Assembly: GCA_964016885.1 (NCBI GenBank)
Contig: OZ024747.1
Coordinates: forward strand, 90,706,001 to 90,770,000
DNA from: Eledone cirrhosa
Taxonomy: Eukaryota
Length of the DNA: 64,000 nucleotides
Reading direction: 5' to 3'
Shown here: positions 12,671-26,186 of the stretch, piece after piece
Layout: the number at the start of each line of letters is the position of its first letter
How positions within the stretch are numbered: the stretch's first letter is position 1
Notes under the pieces: generated by a model
The model's database searches: none
The model's input: only the letters and a program-made list of their open reading frames with translations
What the model was told of the DNA's origin: nothing
Position numbers and translations under genes: made by a program

Positions 12671-14116
12671 CTTGGGTGGGGAGAGGTAGATCTTGGAGTG
12701 TGTGTGATGGGCAAAGTGTTTGGGTGGAGTGTTAGGACATGGGAGGTGCGGAGGGACATGGATGAACGGAGTTCATATTGTTTAAAACTTCAGTAGATTT
12801 TAGCAGGAAATTCTTTATTATATTCTTATATATATATGTGTACATGTATTTCAGTGTCTGTTTGGCATAGTTAAGGAGATAGTTTTACAATTACTTAATT
12901 TTAGGTTCAATCCCATTGTGTAACATATTGTGCAAGTGTCCTCTATTATAGCTTGAGTTGATTAAAGCTCTGACAGTGGTATTTAGTAGACACAAACTGT
13001 GAAGAAGCCCATTGGAGAAAACATTCTTGAAAGATAGATTAATTCATCAAACAGTTTAACACCACCATTTAGTCCTTGGTTGTGTTGACAGAGTTCACTC
13101 AGTTATAAGTATTCAAACCAAGTTTCCAGACTAAAGAGAACTTTCTTCTATCTGTCTGAGAGAGATCATCTGTGCTGTTCTTCCTTCGCTGACTAAGTCA
13201 TTAAAAAAACATTAGGAAAATACAAACTAAATGGCTAAGATGTTTATTTCACAATCATGAGTTTCTGATTTCGAACGTGTGCTATACCTTGAGTAAATTT
13301 TTTCTACAATAGCCTCAGGGTTACCTGGGCATTGTGAATGAAATGGGGTTGATGAAAATTGCTAAGAAACCTGTCAGGCTGTACCAAAGTACATAACAAC
13401 CTTGTTAGTGTTGGTGCCACCATAAAATGAACTCAGTAGGATGCAGGCTCCTGGTCTACCTTAGAGTCAGTGTCTTCACTGTGAGTATCAACCCAGTCTA
13501 CTGTGGTGACCCCTCCAACCCTTGTTAGCAGAGAAAGCAAATGTTAAACGAAGATGAAGATGAAGAATTACACTGAAGTTTTACATTAAGTGTAAAGTGT
13601 CTATTAAATACTCAGTCACTTACATTATTATTCAATGTGTAAACAGTAGTACCAATGATCTAACAAGGGAGATACACATATTAGAACCAACATAGGATTC
13701 GTTTTACTTAGAGTAGTTTTATGAAAATGTATATTTGTGCGTAAGTAAATATGTATGAATGAATGCAAGATAGAAAACAAGAATTAAATAAAATTCTGTG
13801 ACAACTATATTCCAAGGTATTCTTTATAAAATAAATTTCATACTTTAATAGACAAAGATTTTAAGATAGCATTTAGAAAATCTGGAAAATCATATGTATT
13901 CTATTAAGCCATGGTTTTAGGAGTGGGAAAATGGAATATATTTCACATCTGAAAATCTAACTTCAAGTGCTGAGTACAAAGTAATACTACTACATTATAA
14001 TGGACATATATGTTAGTAATAACTAAATTCAAATAGAGATTTATTATATGTTGATAAGGTGTAAATATTTGCTAATGTAAACCTGTATATATAAATACAT
14101 ACATACATACATACAC

Positions 14117-14168
<52 letters not shown>

Positions 14169-14520
14169 GGAGAGAGAGGCATCACACAATAAGTTATTTA
14201 GTTTCAGCCATCATAAACTAGGCCCTTCTAGAGCAGCGCTTACACACACAAACACGCGCGCGCGCACACACACACACACACCCATCGTGTATATTTACAT
14301 ACATATAAATCTGTAGCTGTGTATTTATGTTACAATTGACATCACTGGAACAGTTTCATTGGTATCAGCTTTAATCCATGTAAGCCCTTGTAGCGAGTTG
14401 CATATAGAACCATCCCATAGAGCCCAGTCACATGAACAGCATTCCAGCATGAGATGAAAACATCATCTCTCACTAGGCAACAAGAGAACCACTGTATGCA
14501 ATACTTTCATTATTATTATA

Positions 14521-14706
14521 AGGGCGGTGGTTTGGCAGTATCTGTAGAGCATCAGACACCATGCTTTGCAGCATAGTTATGGCCCTTTATGTTCTGAGTT
14601 CAAATCCACTGAGGTTAACATTGATTTCATCCTTACTGTGTCAATAAAATAAAGTACCAGTCATGCACTGTGGTAATTGCTGGCCTTGTGCCAAAAGTAG
14701 AAACAT
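14521..14706 (+). mobile_element. Meta-domain tRNA-derived SINE
   Basis: AGGGCGGTGGTTTGGCAGTATC ... GAGTTCAAATCC ... TTTCATCCTTACTGTGTCAATAAAATAAAGTACCAG. Confidence 0.85.
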
Positions 14707-16794
14707 TATCATTATTATAAGATTGCTTAATCTGCTAGAAATAGCAAGCAAATATCCATCAATCACACCCTACTATCTCGACAAAGGGAGGACACACTAG
14801 ATATTGCCCTAGATACGCTCTGTATGAAGGAAATGTGGGCTTGTTGCATTAGAAAACTAATCAACATAAACCTGCCTGATCAGGGCTGAACTGGGACTAA
14901 AAAACAACCAGAACCACAACATTTCTCTAGTCAGTAAAACTACAAACCACTCATAGACAACCAAATTACCATAACATCAAATTCCTTTCTACATCCAACT
15001 GATGTAAGTAGTTTACCAATAATCTCCAACAAGATAGAGACTGTTACGACCATGTCCACCAAGCTCTCTTTTTACTCTGGTCAACACCAGCACTGTGAAA
15101 CAGACAAAATAGATGGCACACACTCTGACCATCTTGACAAGACCAAAACAAACCAAGATTAGGGTCCCACAATAGACTGAAGTATAATGAATCTAGGATA
15201 CAGAAACCGATGGATATTTGGCAGATGTTTGATTTGCTAATCCTCTAACATAGCTCTCTCTTGAAGTAGAAAGTACCAAGAGTTGAGCAAGGCTACTGAT
15301 CAGCTTCTAGTGACTTCTGTTGAAACAGAATAACAAAGCACTACTCATCCAGCTAGTAACACACACACACAAGATGCACACAACCTATCCAGATATAACC
15401 TTAACATAGACGTTCCATATAGCTTAAGGTAAGCCACAGTCAGTGTATGAGGTAAAGTGAAATCAGTGTCTTTGTAAGAAATACAATGGTGAAATTATGC
15501 TTCTACTGATCACTCCCCACCAGAACAATTAATACTGAAGGTTACAGTTGGTCAAGACTGAACAAGCAAGATGAAATGTCAAGTCAACTACCATCATGAT
15601 TTTGACCTTAAAACAAAACACACATGCAGATATAAACATTACTACATATATATATATATGCATGAGTGTATGTGTGTGTGTCTGTGTATATATATATATA
15701 TATATACACACATGCATGTACATATCAGGAATGCTTCATTATTCTTCACTTCAGGAGGCTGGATTCAACATCTCTAAAAACATTATCCATTTATTTTTTT
15801 TTAAATATTTAAACAAGATGCCATTTAATAGACCAATAGTACTTGTGAAACTACATTTAGTTTCAAAATAAATCTTCACCACCAATGAAGAAAAAGAAGA
15901 AGAGAGGAAGAACACATACATACCATCATATACTGACAAGTGATTTCATAGCATAATCAAATATTTAATGATTTAATCAACAGAAAAATGTTGAAAAATG
16001 AAATATTTATAGAATTAAATTCATAAAGCGCATAACTTAATTTGTAGGTTAAATTCTAACCTTTTAGATCTACAAATATATTTAGCAATATTTAAAGACT
16101 GACATTTCCATTGAACACATCAGAGAAATTGTCTAGTAAAATAATAGCCAATGCATTTGAAACCTTAACATCCCAGGCAAGACTGTATGCAACACTTGAT
16201 GGGTGTGGTGCAGCGATTTGATAAGAAGAAGTCATATCAAAGATATGACAACCTCCCTAATACTGGTTACAGTAAAGTATACCCAGCACACAGTGTCAAG
16301 GGGTTAGCCTGAAGGACATCCAGTCATAGAAACCATGACAAAACTGAGATGTATGTAAGTGAAATGAGGTTCCCCTGCTCAATAGTAGCTCTAATTAACT
16401 ACTGATTTGATTTGTAACAATCCATCCCACCTATGTGTGTGTGTAAGCATTTAAGCTGAGAATTGATTTATATTTATATATAACCATAGAGAGAGAGAGA
16501 GAGAGAGAGAGAGGTTAATTTGATATTTTGCATGTAATGGTTTATGGTTACCAAATTCAGAGAATCAAGCATTAAGTCAGTATCAAATGTATAATATATA
16601 TATATATACAGCAATGCTATGATTCAGTAATTAGTAAATGTATCTTCTCTATCAAATTTTACTGGGCTCTAAAAGTATAGCCCTGATATATTTGTCTATT
16701 ATAAAGGGCATAATGTAGTTAAGGTTTTAAGCATTTCCTTATTTCATTTCACAGAGAAACTCGCATCATGACGTCTTTTAGACATAGGTGATGA

Positions 16795-17030
16795 ACATGG
16801 AGTAACAGAGAAGGCTGGAAAGAACGGAAATGAGAATGGTTCGATGGATGAGTGGAATATTGATCATGTTATGAAGAGAAATGGAATGAGATGATTGAAT
16901 CGTGTGTTGAGGAAGGATGAAAGTGACTGGGTGAGAAGCGTGAGGAAGGATGAAAGAGCCTGGCTGAGAGGAGTGTGGAAGGAAGTAGAGAAATGGGAAG
17001 ACCAAGAAAGACATAGCTAAAGATAATGGA
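16795..17030 (+). mobile_element. Decayed RTE LINE C-terminal fragment
   Basis: Translates to RLERTEMRMVRWMSGI...RVLRKDESDWVRS...GRPRKT, homologous to the C-terminus of ORF 62987-64000. Confidence 0.7.
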
Positions 17031-17658
17031 GAAGGAAGGAAACAAAAGCCAGCAGGTTGCTGAGTGGAGAAGTTGTAGACTACAAGGGTAAAGGGGAGAG
17101 ACTTGTCATAGAGCCCACAAAGCTAGCCTCAGACTTCAGCAGGAAAATTGGTGTTAAAATGCTTGTTCTTATTATAGCTGAGAAATCCACAAAGAATGAA
17201 GCTGTATTGACTTTAAGAAATATGTTGGACACCTTATTGGTTCAAGAAATCCTCAAAGCTGCAAACATCAGACATAGATGCTTGGAAGTGTATTGTTAAT
17301 GGGCAGAATGAAAGCAGATAATGTTATTTAAGAATAGTTACTCTCGATATCTATCAGACATACAAAATATGAAGAAAAGTCAATAGATTGCATTCTAATG
17401 TAGTGCTTCCTGCAATATCTATCAAATCCTTTCGAATCAATGACTTTGTAAATAACTATTGACTGAATCGAGATCAAACATAACACAGTTATATAAGGAA
17501 ACTAGAGTTTGCGAGACAAAGCATGGTATTTCTTTCTAAAACAGAGAATATTAGTTACTCTAGTTAGAAACCACAAATTCACTGGAGGATTCAACCTGAA
17601 AGTGAAAGGCCACACAAACACATTTTTTAGTGTCAATTTAAATATATCTTTGGTTTAA

Positions 17659-17854
17659 CCCTTTAGCATTTAAACTGGCCATATCCGGCCAGAACTCTCT
17701 CACCTCTTTCTGTTCAAATCGGCTGTAACTGGCCACTCATACCAATGTTAAGGTATTGTTCTCAAAATAAATAATGCCAAAATCTCATAGATTCAACATA
17801 ATGTGAGATAAAGCCTTTACCACAAAAATACAATTGTATATATAGAGTAATGTA
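17659..17854 (+). mobile_element. piggyBac-type MITE (right terminus eroded)
   Basis: TTAA|CCCTTTAGCATTTAAACTGGCC...; the body contains the empty internal TTAA site (CCAATGTTAAGGTATTG). Confidence 0.82.
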
Positions 17855-18419
17855 GCAGTTATTTTTATATAGCAATCCATGTATTTAGTAATTAATGATA
17901 CTGCCAGTATAAAAAGAATAAATTAACATTTCATGTAAAGTATTTGTCTTAAATGATAATATTGAAGAATAAAAGAAGAGTTGAACCAAAAGAAAATAAT
18001 TGATCCAAACGGTAAGAATCAGTTAACTGAGTACAAAATGTTGTTATGGGTGCCGATATATAATAAGCCTTTATGGAGATGGGGAAACTTAAGGTTAAGG
18101 TGATTTGTAATTGGTATTTTAGAATAGCCATAAGTCTTGGCTCTTTCTTTTCCCATTGCTGCTTCAGAAATCTCCATAATAGTGGAATGAATCAAATTTT
18201 GTCCGAAATAGAAGTAACCTTTGAGTAAAATAACATAATGTCAGCCAAACAACTTCTACAAGTATATACAAGTTAAAAATAAAGTTAAGACATTAGTAGT
18301 AGTAGAAGTTTTTACTTTAAATGGTAGCTAAAAGTATTTGATGAGTAACAGGAAGGTTAGAATTAGAACTAAGTATAAGGAGCTACTGAAAGTAGCTTGA
18401 AGTTGCACCATGGGAACTG

Positions 18420-18809
18420 CAAGATACTTGCTATAATTATCGACAAATTATATTTTTTACAGCCTGTGGCATTCGAGATGTTTGGGGTAGTTGGGTTGGT
18501 AACGACGAGGTTTTAGTTAGTGTTGGTGGCTCACTATATCAATAGATAATGTCTGTGAGGGTGCTTGGTTATTCTGGCACGTTAGCATCATTATCATTTA
18601 TGACAATGATGCACAAAATATTAGAGGGAAACTCCAGTGCCTCATGTTGTGTGTGATTGAATGTATGGGTTTTCTCCCACTTTTTTTCCACTTTTTTAAA
18701 AATTTTCTCTTTTTTAATAAAAAAGAAAAAAAATACAAATTGTGTTTATATTATGATTGTAAATAATTGTTTCAATGTGCAATAAACTTTCTATTTAATA
18801 AAAAAAAAA
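18420..18809 (+). mobile_element. 3' end of a CRE-like non-LTR retrotransposon (restriction-like endonuclease), decayed
   Basis: Translations QPVAFEMFGVVG, EGAWLFWHVSI and ILEGNSSA match the FxPxAxETxGxxG...QRxSxAIQRGNA pattern; followed by AATAAA and an A-tail. Confidence 0.55.
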
Positions 18810-18841
18810 TGTTCATAACACACACAAAAAATATTTAACAA

Positions 18842-18980
18842 TAATGGTTCCAGATTTAGGCACAAGGCCAGCAACTTTTCTTTGGGGAGGGGGTAAAGTC
18901 GATTAAATCGATTCCAGTGCATTACTGGTACTTTATTTTAGCAACACCATAAGGATGAAAGACAAAGCTAACCTCAGCGT
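18842..18980 (-). mobile_element. Meta-domain SINE (5'-truncated)
   Basis: GGCACAAGGCCAGCAA...GTCGATTAAATCG...CCAGTGCATTACTGGTAC...GGATGAAAGACAAAGC. Confidence 0.8.
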
Positions 18981-19481
18981 GATAAAGAGTGAATAAAGAA
19001 TTATGAAAGAGGAGTAGTACTACGGTGAATTGTAAACTGCAGTTCTGTAGTGATGGTTCAGTTATAGAGAAAGTGATAGCTATATCAATAGTTATCAACA
19101 GACAAGTAGCAACATGGATATAATAACATTTGTTACAGTGAATATTTATGTCTTTGTTTTTACTTTTCTTCTTAATAATAATATAAAGTGAGGAACTGCA
19201 CCGAGATAAACTAGGAAGTTCAATAATAGGACAGGTAAAAGAATGTTGATAATAGGTAAATTGCTAGTGTAGGATGTAAAGGTAGTGTTTGGCAGATGAT
19301 CAGGGCTGTTATTAACATTGTTCACTTCTAGTGAAATAAGGACTTAGTTGACATATATTTGAATGTTACCACCCTGGAATATTTGGGGAAGACTAGTGGT
19401 AGCACTGCTGAGAGAATGGTAAGAGTAGTAAGTAGAAAGTAAGAACTGGTACTAACCAGGGAAGTCCCATTATTTGTTTAA

Positions 19482-19686
19482 CCCATTAGCATTTAAACTG
19501 GCTGTATCCGGCCAGAATTCTCTAACCTCTTATTGTTCAAACCAGATGAAACCGACTGCTCATATCATTGTTAAGATACTGTTCTCAAAATAAATTATAA
19601 CATCTTCAACATTTCGTTTGATTTGATATTATGAGAGATAAAGCCTTTACTGTTAAAATACAATAGTAAATATAATGTAAAAAGGA
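19482..19686 (+). mobile_element. piggyBac-type MITE
   Basis: TTAA|CCCATTAGCATTTAAACTGGCTGTATCCGGCCAG... Confidence 0.8.
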
Positions 19687-19800
19687 TCAAGTTTTAACAG
19701 ATATCTATAACTATATTACTTTGCCAACATGGCACTAACTCTACAACTATTGAAATTATGTTTTAACAGAAAGCTCTAAATTCATTTAGAACTTCATATA

Positions 19801-19988
19801 ATTGTTTCTACTTTAGGCACAAGGCCAGCAATTACCCAGTACATTACTGGTACTTTATTTTATCAACCCCGTAATGATGAAAGGCAAAGTTAACCTCGGC
19901 AGGATTTGAACTCAGACTGTAAAGGGACGTAACTATGCTAGAAAGCATGGCGTCCAACCCTCTACCGATACTGCCAATTTACCACCCT
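19801..19988 (-). mobile_element. Meta-domain tRNA-derived SINE, near full length
   Basis: Highly similar to 4231-4410 and 5822-6042. Confidence 0.88.
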
Positions 19989-21384
19989 TTAGAACTTCAT
20001 ATAATGGGCTGTAAACATAGATTTGATAAGCTATATGTTGAGTTATCCAAATGTAAGTCAAATGAGATTAAAGAACTTAATGTTGAAATATCAATTTTTC
20101 TATTCATTACAACTTATCTGTGTCATAAATTAAATAATAAAGCATCTAAATTCAAAGCAGGAATAATTCAATAAATAAATAAATGCTTCATATAAAATTT
20201 TACACATGTAAGTTTTGTAACAAGACAGCTAGATTAGCTTATATCAAGTCTCCATTTTTCTGATCAAGTTAGAGACCATTTTGTATGAAACCTCTCAATA
20301 AAACAAATCTAATGAAGAATGTGAAATATAAAATTCAATCTGACTGGTCAAATAATCTTTGACTTGTGCTAATCAATGTTTCAGTAGTAGTTATTTTAAA
20401 TTTAACATCAAGTCTTATAATAGTTAGACATTTTTCAGGTGCAGTTTAGAACATAAAATTTACATAAGATTTTTTTTTCTTGTTTATTTTGTGTATTGTT
20501 TTTTATAAACATTTTAAAATCAATTTCTCTATTTTGTTATAAGCTTTTCTTTAATTTTGAGTAATTGTATATGAATTGTAGAAACATGTAATTCATAGCT
20601 GGATGTATATTATAATAACAAATATTCAGTCATAATATCAGAGTTTTAACTGTGTTTCTACAAGAATAGATTAATAAAAATGTTTATATCTTAAAAGGCT
20701 AAATTCCTTGTCCTTGTTACAGTAATTGAACTTCTGACATACACAAGTTCAATAACACAATGGTCAGACAATATATATAAGATTTCATTTTTATATTGTT
20801 AGTTATTTTAAGATTGATTACAATTAGATGAAAGCTATAGACTGACATGTGAACTTTCTTGAGCTAGAGAAACTGATGATGATCATCATCATCATTGTAA
20901 TCAGCATCATGTTTAACATGTTTTTCTATGCTGACATGAACAAGACATTTTGAGGTGAAATTCTCCAGTCAAAATGACCTTCTTGACGCCAACTCACTTT
21001 TTAAAAAACTTTTTTCAGTAAAGTACACATCTTCACACATAACTATTTACCAGTAGGATTTCCATTTACACACAATGTAAACAAATATAACCACCTGGGA
21101 TGTCATAGAGACGAGATACAGGCACACTTAATGTCTGTGTGTGCATGATGAGATTTTGGCTTTGCATGATTAACAAGTCTGATGAGCAGATCGGGCTGGA
21201 GTCAGGTCTATAGCATTTACATAGATCCTGAGCCACCCATCTGTGAAACAGTCGTAACTATGTATAATCAATGAAGACCTTAATGTGAAACTTCGTTTTG
21301 TTTCCAATATCTGCCTTAGCATAGAGTCTGATTTTGGTACCTGCCTCAGTAAATCACGAACCTACTGAACTGCCTATTATTATA

Positions 21385-21715
21385 ATTAGGGTTAAGATCC
21401 CCATCAGTCACAAATGACCATGGGATTTGCACCTAGAAAGTTCTCCACTCCAAGGCACAAGTCCAGGTATAGTGTATTTGTGGAAGACCAGCAGTCATCC
21501 ATGCATACCAATCTCCCCTCTGCATGCCAGCGATGTTATCCAAGGGAAAGTCAATGGCCAATACAGCTTGGCACCAGTGACATCACAACTCATTTCTACA
21601 GCTGACTGAACTGGAGCAACATGAAATAAAGTGTCTTGCTCAAGGTACACAGCGTCGCCTGGTCCGGGAATCAAACTCACAACCTCACGATTGCAAGCCT
21701 AATGCTCTAACAGCT
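21385..21715 (-). mobile_element. tRNA-derived CORE-like SINE with a distinct 3' part
   Basis: Minus-strand head with B-box-like GAGTTTGATTCCC and core-like CCTTGAGCAAGACACTTT; tail differs from the RTE-tailed copies. Confidence 0.75.
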
Positions 21716-22008
21716 TCTTACAGTTTCTATATGTTAAATTCACTCATATGACACTGGTGGAACTGAAAACAGCAAACTTCCTAACCACATAGTTAAGAAG
21801 TTTTCTGTTCTCTTAAACACATCTGGTTAAACTGATATATAAAATATACACTTAATATGTCTAGATGATATATTTTCAAACCAAGCTGCTATGCACACTT
21901 CTTGTATACATTATATTGTGAATTTACTGGAATAATCAGAAACGAATCTGAGCACTTTGCATAACATTTATGCTTATGATGTCTTACACTCTGCCACTAT
22001 ATCTAAAC

Positions 22009-22324
22009 CAAGGGCATGCAACAGGTGACCCGCAGGCCATTATCTAGCTCGCTAGACCAGTCAGAGTGGCCCACAATGACCATTTTTAATTTTTACCTTG
22101 TAGGCTTATTTAGAATTTTTTTCGTAACCATAATGCAATTTTCTGTTAGTTGACCTATACTAAAGGGCTTCACTGATAGGGTTGTGTGTTATAATTTCCC
22201 AGTTCCATGTTATGGAAAGAAGTTGTGGTGAATCTTTGGAATAGTGCTTCATAAATATTAATGGCCCTAATAGTTGTTCCAATGTTCAAAAGTGGCCTGC
22301 CAATGGAATATGTTCACATCCCTG
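22009..22324. mobile_element. hAT (Charlie-type) MITE
   Basis: CAAGGG...CCCTG termini with subterminal GCCCGC/GGCC motifs; flanked by ATCTAAAC and GTCTAGAC, matching the NTCTAGAN 8-bp target. Confidence 0.7.
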
Positions 22325-23361
22325 GTCTAGACCCTAGACTACTAAGGCCCCTGATTACTTTAGCTTACCTTTTTTCTGGATACCATCAAATAACCAACCC
22401 ACAACATTTGTTCATTTAGCTCTTATTCATTTCCATTTCTTGTCCATAATTCCATAAGCAGCCTTTCATTTTTGTAAAAGGTAAAACTGCAAATAATGGA
22501 TAAGATCAGATTTCATTTTGTTGGCTGAGTACATGTGAGTATTTTATCTAAAGTCTGGCATGTAATGGTTTACATCTTTTACAACCTCTATGATTATGGT
22601 ATAAATCTATTTTACTTTTTGTTGGCCTATTAAATTATGCTGTAACATTAGAAATGTCTAAAAGAGGTTGCTATATGTAACAGAGATTGGTTTCAACATG
22701 ACCTCTCTCTCAGACTGCTAATTACTTTCTTTGAATTACAATCTAAAATCCATTTCATTCTTCTCTTGAAGTGGACACTATAGAGAGTATTCCGTTTGTA
22801 GCACAGGAGGACCTAAGACTAAGACTAGGAACTAATACAGATCACCTCCATACTTTTTCAATATATTCATAAAGGATTTGGCCGTTTCCTCTATATAAGT
22901 GGAGTAGTTTGGTAAGAAATGGTTTCTAGCAAATCATCTTCTCAGAAACTAAAAGCCAGAAGATATTGTTTACTGAAATGCAAACAGGTTTCTTTTTTTA
23001 AAACAAAAGTTTTTGGAATGAAGAATTTCTAATGTTCTCAGACAGTGGGATATCTAATGAATTTACAATGAAAATTTCAAGCTAAAAAAAGAAGACTTGT
23101 TTATTTTCCCCTTCTTGTTGGCAAACACAATGCTGTCAGACTAGGATGTTAGCTTCAAGATTGATGACTACTTTTGACATTTCAAGAATTTAAGAAGAAA
23201 AAAAGAATAAATAAACAATGTATAAGTCTAGAAACTATTAATAATTAATTCAATGAATATTGATGTGTGATAGGTAGAAAAATTTCAAAACATGGAATAT
23301 AATGGTTGAGATAATTTAGTAAAATTCAATGAAATTTTGAAAACAGAACCAAGAAAATCAA

Positions 23362-23620
23362 TAAATCATAGACACAGGCATGGCTATGTAGCTAAGGAAT
23401 TCATGTAACAACCATATATCTCTGGGCTCAATCCCACTGTGTGACACCTTATATAAATCATAAACACAGGCATGGCTATATAGCTAAGGAATTTATTAAA
23501 CAATCACATATCTCTGTGTGACACCTTAGGCAAGACTCTTCTAATATTGCCTCAGATTCACCAATGCCTTGTGAGTGAAATTTGGTAGACAGAAATTACC
23601 GAAGCCCATTATGTGTGTGT
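23362..23620 (+). mobile_element. tRNA-derived SINE with a tandemly duplicated 5' head
   Basis: ATAAATCATA.ACACAGGCATGGCTAT.TAGCTAAGGAATT...TGTGTGACACCTTA occurs twice, then GGCAAGAC...AAATTTGGTAGACAGAAA. Confidence 0.6.
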
Positions 23621-24349
23621 GAGTATGTGAATGTGTGCTTGCAAGTGTGTGTAATTAAGACTTAATTGCCTCAACTTGAATATAAATACATCCAAAACAA
23701 ACGAAAGCTATTCACAAATTTAAGCAAATGTAGCCCATAAACGCAAGATCAATCTTACTCTTCATGGCCTTCTAAACTATATCTAAATGATCCTGGCAAA
23801 ACAGCCACTGACCTTCAACAATTACTGGTATGTAAGTGAAGTAAGTCATCAGGCTGCAGCCATAAAATTATGCAGTTTCTATAAAAAATAATCTCTCTAT
23901 ATATGTCTGTGTTAAGGTTCCATAATTTAGCTGTTCAACAAAAAAGATATCAATGAAATAAGTACCAGACTTGAAAGAGATAAGAACTGGGGTTGATATG
24001 GTTGGCTAAATCAAGGTAGTGTTTCAGTATAGCTTCAGTCTAATGACTGAAACAAAGCAAAAGAGTAAGTGGTCTTGTATATTAGATGTTTAAATATGTC
24101 TATTTCCAATTGCATGTTTGGGTATGTATTCTATTTTCAAACTGATCATAGACAGAGTTTTCCATTCACAATTCTCATGTGAAAGCTACTGAGTTTCTAT
24201 ATAAGGACTCCTTCACATTGACGTCATCATCATCATCATTTAACGTCCATCTTCCACGCTAGCGGGGGTTGGACGGGTTTGTCCCACTTGAGGCAAAATT
24301 GGTCGGGTGACGACATCTCACTCGTACAGAACTCTCTTCTACTTAAAAA

Positions 24350-24791
24350 TAAGAATGACTGTCACTTATACTCCTCATTAACTTGACAATTCACTGAAAT
24401 ACTCTAAATAACAGGATGACAGGAGAAAAAATAATTTAAAAGCAGACCAACAAAAAGCTGTTGCTCAGAAGACAGCTCAGAAAGATCCTGATGGTCTCAC
24501 CTAATGAGACTGGATTATGAATGGAAAGAACCTACAGAGCAACAGTTCTGCCTGGCCAAATACATTCTCCATCTATCCAATTACTGGCTCTTGAAAATAA
24601 CAATGACTTTGAATCTTCCTGGAGGCAAAGGGAAACTCAAAGATCAACTGAGGGCAGATATTTCAAGACAATCTGAAGACCATCAACATCACCTGGAATG
24701 GATGTGAAAGTGTTGCACCAAACTGGGTGCATTGGGAGATGCTTGTCACCCAATGTGCTACCCAGCACAGGAGGACCTAAGACTAAGACTT
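24350..24791 (+). mobile_element. Decayed RTE-like LINE 3' end with (CTAAGA)n tail
   Basis: Ends GCACAGGAGGACCTAAGACTAAGACT; the identical terminus occurs alone at ~22801-22828. Confidence 0.6.
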
Positions 24792-26125
24792 AGAAGTAGA
24801 GGGAGTTTGTGTAGCCACATTACATATATTTTCCTTCCCATGTAGTCTGTTTGTATATATTTGGATACTCTCAGTAGCGTTCCCTTCAAAAGAAGAGCAA
24901 AATGGATTTGTTTAGATTGTAATTCAAAGAAAGTAATTAACAGTCAGAGAGAGAGGCTATGTTGAAACCAATCTTTAAAAAACTACCAAGATTGGAAGTT
25001 CAATATTTGATTACAGGTATACCAAATATAAACAAAATCTTTGAGTACATGGAAGCTACGAAAAGATTCAACAAGAGAAACTTCTGTTTTACAGCTTCCC
25101 TTGTTTCCTATTTTCTTTTTCATTTTTTTTTATGCATAATCTGCCTCTCATTGGCCTCCTTCAATATTTTTATTTTATTTTATTTTTTCCTCCTTTTTAA
25201 AATGTTTTTATTACTTGTCTCACTAGCTCATTTTGATTACCAACTGTAAGGAGTACTCATACTTCCCCTAGTTTGCCATGGCTTACTAGCTCAATACAGA
25301 TGTTTAAATTGAATAAACAGATAAATAGCAACCCAATAGGGAATTTGTACCCAGTCTGATAATAGATGTTGCAGGCATTATACAGGGGTCATATTGGCAT
25401 CAAGGAAAGTAATCAAACAAAAAAACACTAAATTTCCAATTTCTCCTGAAATTAGCTAGCGCTATAGATTCACTCAATTCATGGTAACAAAGATAAAAAA
25501 AAAACAAATATACAAATATAATACTTTCTCTCAATCCACAGTATCTAACATATATCACATTCACACATCCACACACACACATACATACATACATAGACAC
25601 CACATACACACAAGAGGGTATTCTTAAAGCTAGTCACCTTATTTAATCTTTAGAAAAAATAAATATATATATCAGTTTTGGCATAAATATTCCATTATTT
25701 GCATAAATGGACATTTTGCCAGAAGATCATGAGGGAAATTGAAACTGAATTGTAAAAATGGTGTCTGCATTGTTTAGCAAATATGAATTAAATAAGTATG
25801 AGTGTTGTTTGACAAGTCAATTTATTATACATAATCAAAACTGAATGTAGCTGAGGGACATCTAGTATATTTTTATTTTCCCCCACTATGGCATGCTAAA
25901 CCCACATGTAAATATACAAAGAATAAAGTTATAATATCACCGTTATGTAAAGTATAATGGAATGTAATTAACATTATAATCATTATTATTATCACCATCA
26001 TAATTATTATTATCACTATCATAATTATTGTTTGTTTAAAGAGGTTAATCTAGTTTAATGATATAGCAACTTAGATGAAATAATATTCAATTATATCTCG
26101 GCACCCTTCACTGGCTCTAGGCCAT

Positions 26126-26186
<61 letters not shown>

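Noticed and set aside
21179-21205. Hammerhead-like CTGATGAG followed by a short stem
   Set aside because: No GAAA box or stem I after the hairpin.
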